In this document: positions 57,048 to 64,000 of the stretch, piece after piece
Numbering within the stretch: the stretch's first letter is position 1
How the letters are laid out: each line of letters begins with the position of its first letter
Assembly: GCA_964234715.1 (NCBI GenBank)
Contig: OZ174286.1
Reading direction: 5' to 3' (one strand)
Length of the DNA: 64,000 nucleotides
Source of the DNA: Podarcis melisellensis
Taxonomy: Eukaryota
Program-made: the position numbers and the translations under genes
Notes under the pieces: generated by a model
Seen by the model: the letters and a program-made list of their open reading frames with translations, nothing else
Told to the model about the DNA's origin: nothing
Databases searched by the model: none

Positions 57048-57268
57048 CAGTGGAAGCACAGGTTGCAAACGTGATCCATCCGGGAGGCACGTTTGCAACC
57101 CACAGTGTTCGCAACCCACAATGCTGCGTGTGTGCAGGTCATGATTCGGCGCTTCTGTGCATAGCACAATTTAGTGCTTCTGCGCTGAAACCTGGAAGTA
57201 ACCTATTCCGGTACTTCTGGGTTCAGACCGGTGCACAAACTGAAGCGTCTGTAACCCGAGGTATACAG
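57048..57268. mobile_element. Degenerate Tigger-like MITE
   Basis: TA-cagtgg start and gtaacccgaggta end, as in other family members. Confidence 0.6.
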
Positions 57269-57609
57269 TATTGTATAGTTTAATTGTGGAAAGGTATTCA
57301 ATATACTTAGAAAAAAACTAGAAAAGAATCCACGACATCCCCACATCACTGCAGTGATTCCAATTATAAATTTAAATACAGTGTACAGTTGTAGAAACTA
57401 ACTAATACCTCTTTTATCACAAGTACATGAAGCACAGGGAAAATGTGGGTGTACCTTTTTTTTTTAAAAAAAGAATTTGTTATGGGTCAGTATTGGGGGC
57501 TCTTGTATTGGGAATCTCAATTTCTCCCAACTAGGCTTGCTTTTATTAACATCTTAATTCCATGCATTTCTGATTTCTGACCAGGGAACCACGACAAAAG
57601 ATCAGGGGG

Positions 57610-58200
57610 ATGCTGGAGACATAGTGTATCTTGATTTCAGTAAGGCTTTTGACATAGTCCACCACCATAGTCTGATGAAGGTAACTGTTAGGTGGATTTG
57701 TAGCTGGTTGACTGACTGAACCCAGAGAGTTCCTCATCATCCTGGAACTAATGATTCCTTGTCATCCTGGGGGAAAAGGGACAAATGGGGTGCCACGGGG
57801 TTCCCTCCTGGGCCTGTTGTTGTTCATCTTTAGATGAAAGAATTGTGGGGATGCTCAACAAATATTGAAAAGGCTGTCTGAAAATAGACTGAAAATAGAG
57901 AAAGATTGTTTTCTCCTGCTTGGGGGGCGGGCGGGCGGGGTGGGTTAGGACTCAAATCAACAGCTTTGAGTTACTAGAAAGGATATCCCAACTAAACATT
58001 AGGAAGAACTTTCTGACAGTAAAAGTTGTTTGATAGTGGAACTGTCTCCCTTGGAAGGTGATGGGCTCTCCTTCCTTGGAGGTTTTTAAGCAGAGGTTGG
58101 ATGGCCATCTGTCATGGATGCTTTAGTTGAGATTCCTGCATTGCAAGAGGTTGGGCTAGATGACCCTCAGGGTACTTTCCTACTCTACAATTCTATGATC
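57610..58200 (+). mobile_element. CR1 LINE fragment with internal deletions
   Basis: DIVYLDFSKAFD; GVPRGSLLG; 3' tail attctatgat. Confidence 0.85.
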
Positions 58201-58215
58201 TGATGGGGAAATATA

Positions 58216-58424
58216 CAGTGGTACCTCGGGTTACATACGCTTCAGGTTACACACTCCGCTAACCCAGAAATAGTGCTTCAGGTTAAGAACTTTGCTTCAG
58301 GATAAGAACAGAAATCGGGCTCTGGCGGCATGGCGGCAGCAGGAGGCCCCATTAGCTAAAGTGGTGCTTCAGGTTAAGAACGGACCTCCAGAATGAATTA
58401 AGTACTTAACCTGAGGTACCACTG
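58216..58424. mobile_element. Tigger-like MITE
   Basis: TA-cagtggtacctc...gaggtaccactg-TA. Confidence 0.88.
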
Positions 58425-60757
58425 TATAGTTTTAGCAGACTGCAAAGCACTTTGGACTGAGGTGGCCTGTTTTCCAAAGCACCATAATGCATTTCAAAAC
58501 AAGCATTGTAGTTGAGGCAGATCCCTAATAAGGATCAGCTTTTACTTTTTCAAATGACGGGAAACTATTTATTTCCTACAAATAAAGACATCTAATTAGC
58601 AAATGCTGTTTTAATTATGTAGCAGATGCTGACTAGCATTTTGTCATCACCTTAGTTCATTTTGTTAGTCTGAAAACCCTTACCTTACAATTAACCAAAA
58701 ATCTCACTCCCACTCCCCCCGCAACCAGAAATCACAGTAGAGGCAATGACTGTTTTATGCTCGTCCAATATGCATGTGACCGCACATGTGCGCATCACTG
58801 CAACCAGGAAGTGGCCAGGAAAGGGGGCAGGGTGTAACAGGGTGAGCAGGCTTATGCATGCTCCACCGACATGTGCAGGAGTCAAGAACATAACCCCTGT
58901 GTAGAACCATTGTTACCTGTACAACAATTCACCAGACATTTCTTAATGCAGTTTCTGGTGGAAGCAAAGTTATTGCCTCATTCTTTGAGCAAACTCAGCA
59001 CCATAGATGCTTCCCACCCACAACTTCTTCAAGAAGAGATTATTCAGCCGGGTGTAACTTAAAAGCCCATATTTAGCTACACAAAATCAATTTTGTTTGG
59101 AATATAAATAGTTCTTACACAGCTTACTACAGCCTGTATGTATTACACAGCAGTATTTCCACACCATACCTTAGCCTTCATAAAGGCATGACTTGCTTTA
59201 AAAAATCCCAACTATCATTAAGAGGCAGCACCCTATGATGACTACAATCTTACTGAGAGAAAAAAGATAAGTAGAAAACTAAGCTTCTTTGTTCATCCAT
59301 ATTAAACCTGGAAACACTTATCTCATTATTCATGTAATAGGAGGATCAGTCAAGAGACAGAAAAGAATCATACAATTTAAGCCCTATAATGACAGGCTAT
59401 TCTTGGGAGTTTTCTCCAATCACCAGCACCAACCAGGACAGCTGTTACATGGTTTGACTTTTTTGCCATGTGGCATTGCTCTCCTAAAAGCAGCATGTTC
59501 ACTACATATTCAAGGTGAGGTAAAAAGGAAATTTCTGCCTAGTACATGCATAACCCAATGTCTGTCTATCTTCAGTAAAAGGAAGTTCACCATTTCCTTT
59601 AGAACTCAGACTTTTAGATGCTCCCACCCAAGAAAGCCAACAGATGCTCAGCGATAGAGCTTTAAACATCTTTGATGTTCCGAGTATTCTCAGTCAACCA
59701 TAAAGTATTTAACAGATCATATGTACATTTCTTATAGATAGTAAGTAGGTATTGAGCACCTAACCATGCAGCAAAAGTGAGGCTTCCCACCCTCTCATTT
59801 TTAGACTCCTACCCAAAACAAAAAGAAGAAACAATTCAGACAATTTGTGACCCCCCCAGTTCCCCAACTCAAAAGCAAGGATGCGATGGGGCCTGTGGCC
59901 CTTCAGCTGCTGTTGGACACCGACTCCCATCAGCCACAGCCAGGATGGCCAATGATCTGGGGTTATGGGAGGTATTGTGCAACAACACCCAGAAGGTCCC
60001 CATCCTGCTTTAATGGCTTCAAAATATGTAAAAAAATGAGATCTCAGATTTAGAAATGGGGAGGCTGTGTGTAAATCACAATTATCACAGTTATTTTACG
60101 GGCCTCTTTTCAGCTCTAAAAAGGGCCCTAAAGCAGCTCACATAAAAATGTTAGAATGATAATTAAATATTCTATATGATAGAATACATAAGATTGGTAA
60201 GAATCTCGGCTTCTATTGAACAAGTCGACAGATATATACAATAGAGTTTCTAGTCCTCAAGGAATGTGTGGAGATGAAGCAGCAGGAGTCAGAGAAATTC
60301 CAGAATAGTGTTTTTGGCGCTCAGTGGGCGCTCAGTGCCCTTTATTGCTTCTCGCCCCCCAATAACTGGCAGAAGCATACTCTAAAAGAAGCCCTCCAAC
60401 ATAATGTATACAGCTGTGTGAGTGTTCCCCAGCCAAATTAATCTTTATTTCCAGTGTGCATTGTTTACTTAACTCTCTGTTGTAAACTCATGAAATGAAA
60501 AGAAAAACTTTTCTCGTATTACATGAGAATCCCATACAGAATAATACCATGGGAAATGGCAATTAGATTTTAAAAAGATTTAAAATTGGTAGTATTATCT
60601 CCATTAACACCACACCCAAAGGAAGGGAGTATTTCCTGCTGTGTGTGTAAGTCAACTAATGAAATAGATTAGAAACACTTCTGACCATTCTACTGTAGCC
60701 ATCAAGTGAATATCAAGGTGCTATTGTGCTATATATGCTCTCACAGACTCTCATATA

Positions 60758-60983
60758 CAGTGGTACCTCGGGTTAAGAACTTAATTCGTTCCAGAGGTCT
60801 GTTCTTAACCTGAAACTGTTCTTAATCTGAAGCACCACTTTAGCTAATGGGGCCTCCAGCTGCCACTGTGCCGCCGGAGCACGATTTGTGTTCTCATCCT
60901 GAAGCAAAGTTCTTAACCCGAGGTACTATTTCTGGGTTAGCAGAGTCTGTAACCGGAAGCGTATGTAACCCGAGGTACCACTG
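60758..60983. mobile_element. Tigger-like MITE (inverted relative to 58216-58424)
   Basis: TA-cagtggtacctcgggtta...taacccgaggtaccactg-TA. Confidence 0.88.
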
Positions 60984-63386
60984 TATATACATATACATGC
61001 ATGCATACATATCCCAGCACATTATCAAACTGAGGAAGGGCCACATGCTTTACATGCAATATCTGGCTTCTACAGGTAAGGCTGCAAATGACTCCTGTTA
61101 GGAACCCTGAAGAGATGCTGCCAGCCAGTGTAGACAATATTGTGCTAGGTGGGCTGATGGTCTGGTTTGGCATCAGATTCCTATATTCCCAAAGTCATCC
61201 CATGAAATAGAACCCTAGGTGGGGATATACAGGTAAGAGTTGGCTCAGTTCTCAATGGATCCCAGTGCACATGTTTTGCAGAGAAATGTCCAGGTTCAAT
61301 CAATGGTACCATCCGTTAATAAAAAAAGGAGAAGGTAGCAGATTTCAGAACTCCCTGCTCAAGATACTGGAAAGCTGCTACAAATCAGAGTAGGCAATAC
61401 CAGGTTAACTGGATAAATAATCTGACACAAAAAGGTAGCTTCCTAAGATATCTGCAGTATACAGCGCTCTCTCCTCACACACATAACCACCTACCATACT
61501 GACTGGTATTTCATTAATGGGATATTAATGGGAAATTTCAGTGGTTTTTTTTACTGCCTGTGAAGAAAGAGGCAACCATGAAGGATGAGCCTTCATGTAT
61601 AGCATCTCTAATAATGGTCTAATTCACATATATAAACCATGATTAACAAATGAAGAGGGAATTCACTCCTCCCCTGGTCTTGTTGTACTACCTAGGGCTA
61701 AGCCATGGTTTGGCTTTGCACTGCGTCAGAACCCGAAACCTTGGTATGTCTCCCCCAAACTACAACCAGTAAATCAAGAAACTTAAGTTTGTTTTTGCTA
61801 AGCCATTGTTTGGATTATTATGTTCATAAGTACTAGAAATTCACATTTTGAGCCATCCTGCTATCATACATACATAAAAACCACACAAGTTGCAGCAGCA
61901 ATTATGGTTCCTAGAACCATTGGCAAAGTGACTACCACAATGTTAAGACTACAGCTAAAATAGGAGACACAGGAAAAACCCATCTATCTGTAAAACACTC
62001 CTGAAAATTCCATTCCCCTGTCCCCCCAAAATCACTACCCTGAGAAAGGCTGAGTTGAATGGGTTGGCTGAAATTTAGTTTTTTTTTAATCCCATTGTTG
62101 GTATTGAGCCATTTTTAAAAATCCAGAATAAGCTCTTAATCACATGTTTTGGGTGTTTTGGAAGTTCTGCATTTCAATAAACAAAAATACGTACTTGCTT
62201 TGAAATAATTAGTGTTAAAGCTTGGTACAGATTTACATTCTTCTCTGTAAAAGAGAAAGACAAATACAAAATGCAAATAAGAAATCAGGATCTGAAATCT
62301 TATTTTGTTACTGCTTTCACAAGAGTTTAAACAAACCAAAGCTCTAAGTTCAGACATTATGAGAAAATGTGGTTTGTTTAAAAAGCAAGTGTTTCTTATC
62401 TCTGCGCCTGTTGGTAGTCTGAGAACTCACATACATGGAGAACATGGTTTGCTATTAGTGAGTTAAAGTCCTTTTCAGATGTATCTTTTAGAGATCTCAT
62501 TATTGCTGACTGCTTCTATTTAGTACTTTTTGATACGTAATCATTTACTGCCTAGAAAAGGCTGCTTAATCATTTCCTTGGGATACATTTTTTGGTGACA
62601 CAATAATTAGTCATGTTTTGTCATCATTTGGGTAAATGCTTACAGCCTATGCCTCACTGCCTTTAAAAACGTTACAGGTAAGACGCTATCTCTGATTGTA
62701 CTTGCTAAATTATACCAAAGAACAGCCAATCTAGTCATTCTTCTTCCTAGTTATTTTGGCTACAATCCAATCTACATGCACAGAAAGGTTCCGCAGCAAG
62801 CTATAAAAGCCATAAAGACTTTTTGGTTTACGTTATTCTGCAACTGATGAGAGGATAATCTTGGGAGGGGAGGACTGCAGCATTTCTTTGCTGGGTTGCA
62901 ACCAATATTATCAGAACTAGTGTGATACTAAATTTTTACTTTCATAAACTTCATTTCATGCAATTCCACCGGCTTCCATGCCATATATCAACGTGACTAA
63001 ATTGCCATTTGCATGTCAGTACAATACAACACGTAGCATCAGAGTGTGACCTGCAGTCCCAATTTCAAATCTCACTTCAACAAGGCAGCCTCAGCTCTTC
63101 TTACATGGCTACGGTAAGGATTACATATGAAGTTCTTCAAACACTCTAGAGCACTATATAAATAGCAATTAGCACACACTTTTAAACTATCATAATTCCA
63201 AACAATCACTAACAGATGAGTACTTAATAGAGCGGTGTAATGCCCAAATACATACAATATTACTTATACCAAGAAATGTTTTGGTATTTTTATAGTTACC
63301 AGTAACATTCTTAATCTGAGTTTTGTCAACAATGTTAGGAGCTGAGTAAATCCATCTTTAAAACTGGGTAATGCCGCATCCCAATA

Positions 63387-63628
63387 CAGTCGTACCTTGG
63401 TTCTCGAACGGAATCCATTCCGGAAATCTGTTTGACTTCCAAAAACATTCGAAAACCAAGGCGTAGCTTCCAATTGGCTGCAGGAGCTTCCTGCACTCAA
63501 TTGGAAGCTGTGTTGGACGTTCGGCTTCCAAAATATGTTCGCAAACCGGTAGACTCACTTCCAGGTTTGCGGCATTCGGGAGCCAAAACATTGGAGTTTC
63601 AAGGCATTTGAGAACCAAGGTACGACTG
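63387..63628. mobile_element. Tigger-like MITE
   Basis: TA-cagtcgtaccttggttctc...gagaaccaaggtacgactg-TA. Confidence 0.88.
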
Positions 63629-64000
63629 TAAAGTCATTGAAAAATTCCTATTATTATTATCAAACCTGAAATGTCTTCCATTAATACATGTTTGGAAGCC
63701 TTCTTGGCCGGTGTTGGGAGAGATGTACCATACTATACGTACCCACTGCCATCTTTCAACTTGGGCAGTAAGAAACTCTTGAAAGCGTAGGTGACAATGA
63801 CAAATAAACCTCAAACTGTAATACAATCTATAGTGCACAGAACTGGGTTAAACACAACATAGTTAATAAGATTAAACAGTGTGTTAGTTTTTCAATAGTT
63901 AACTAAAAATAAATAAATCACATGTTAAACTCAAGGGGATAAGAGTCAATGTGCCTTTTCCCTTAGAACAATCCACACATGTTCTGAATACACAATAACT

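Overview
Eukaryotic (squamate reptile, probably lacertid lizard) genomic DNA, judged from Sauria SINEs, BovB, CR1/L2 and DIRS remnants. Two convergent spliced genes. (1) Minus strand, about 32940-56708: integrin beta-1 (ITGB1). Fourteen constitutive coding exons, the beta1A terminal exon and the 81-nt muscle-specific beta1D exon are present, all GT-AG and in frame (800 aa visible for beta1A). The first visible exon has no ATG, so the start codon lies in an exon not located here. (2) Plus strand, 2628-27623: the 3' part of a gene that is largely missed by the ORF track. It has 17 short exons that splice into one open frame of about 596 codons; 15 consecutive exons are symmetric (phase 1-1), and the first ~9 look like duplicated coiled-coil units. 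It is probably CCDC7, by synteny with ITGB1 only. Introns and the intergenic space hold many TEs: a decayed mariner with nested inserts, BovB, a solo LTR, DIRS remnants, hAT and Tigger-like MITEs, and a Penelope-type minimal hammerhead motif. Most ORF-track entries are spurious. Coordinates were counted by hand; no alignment or database search was run.
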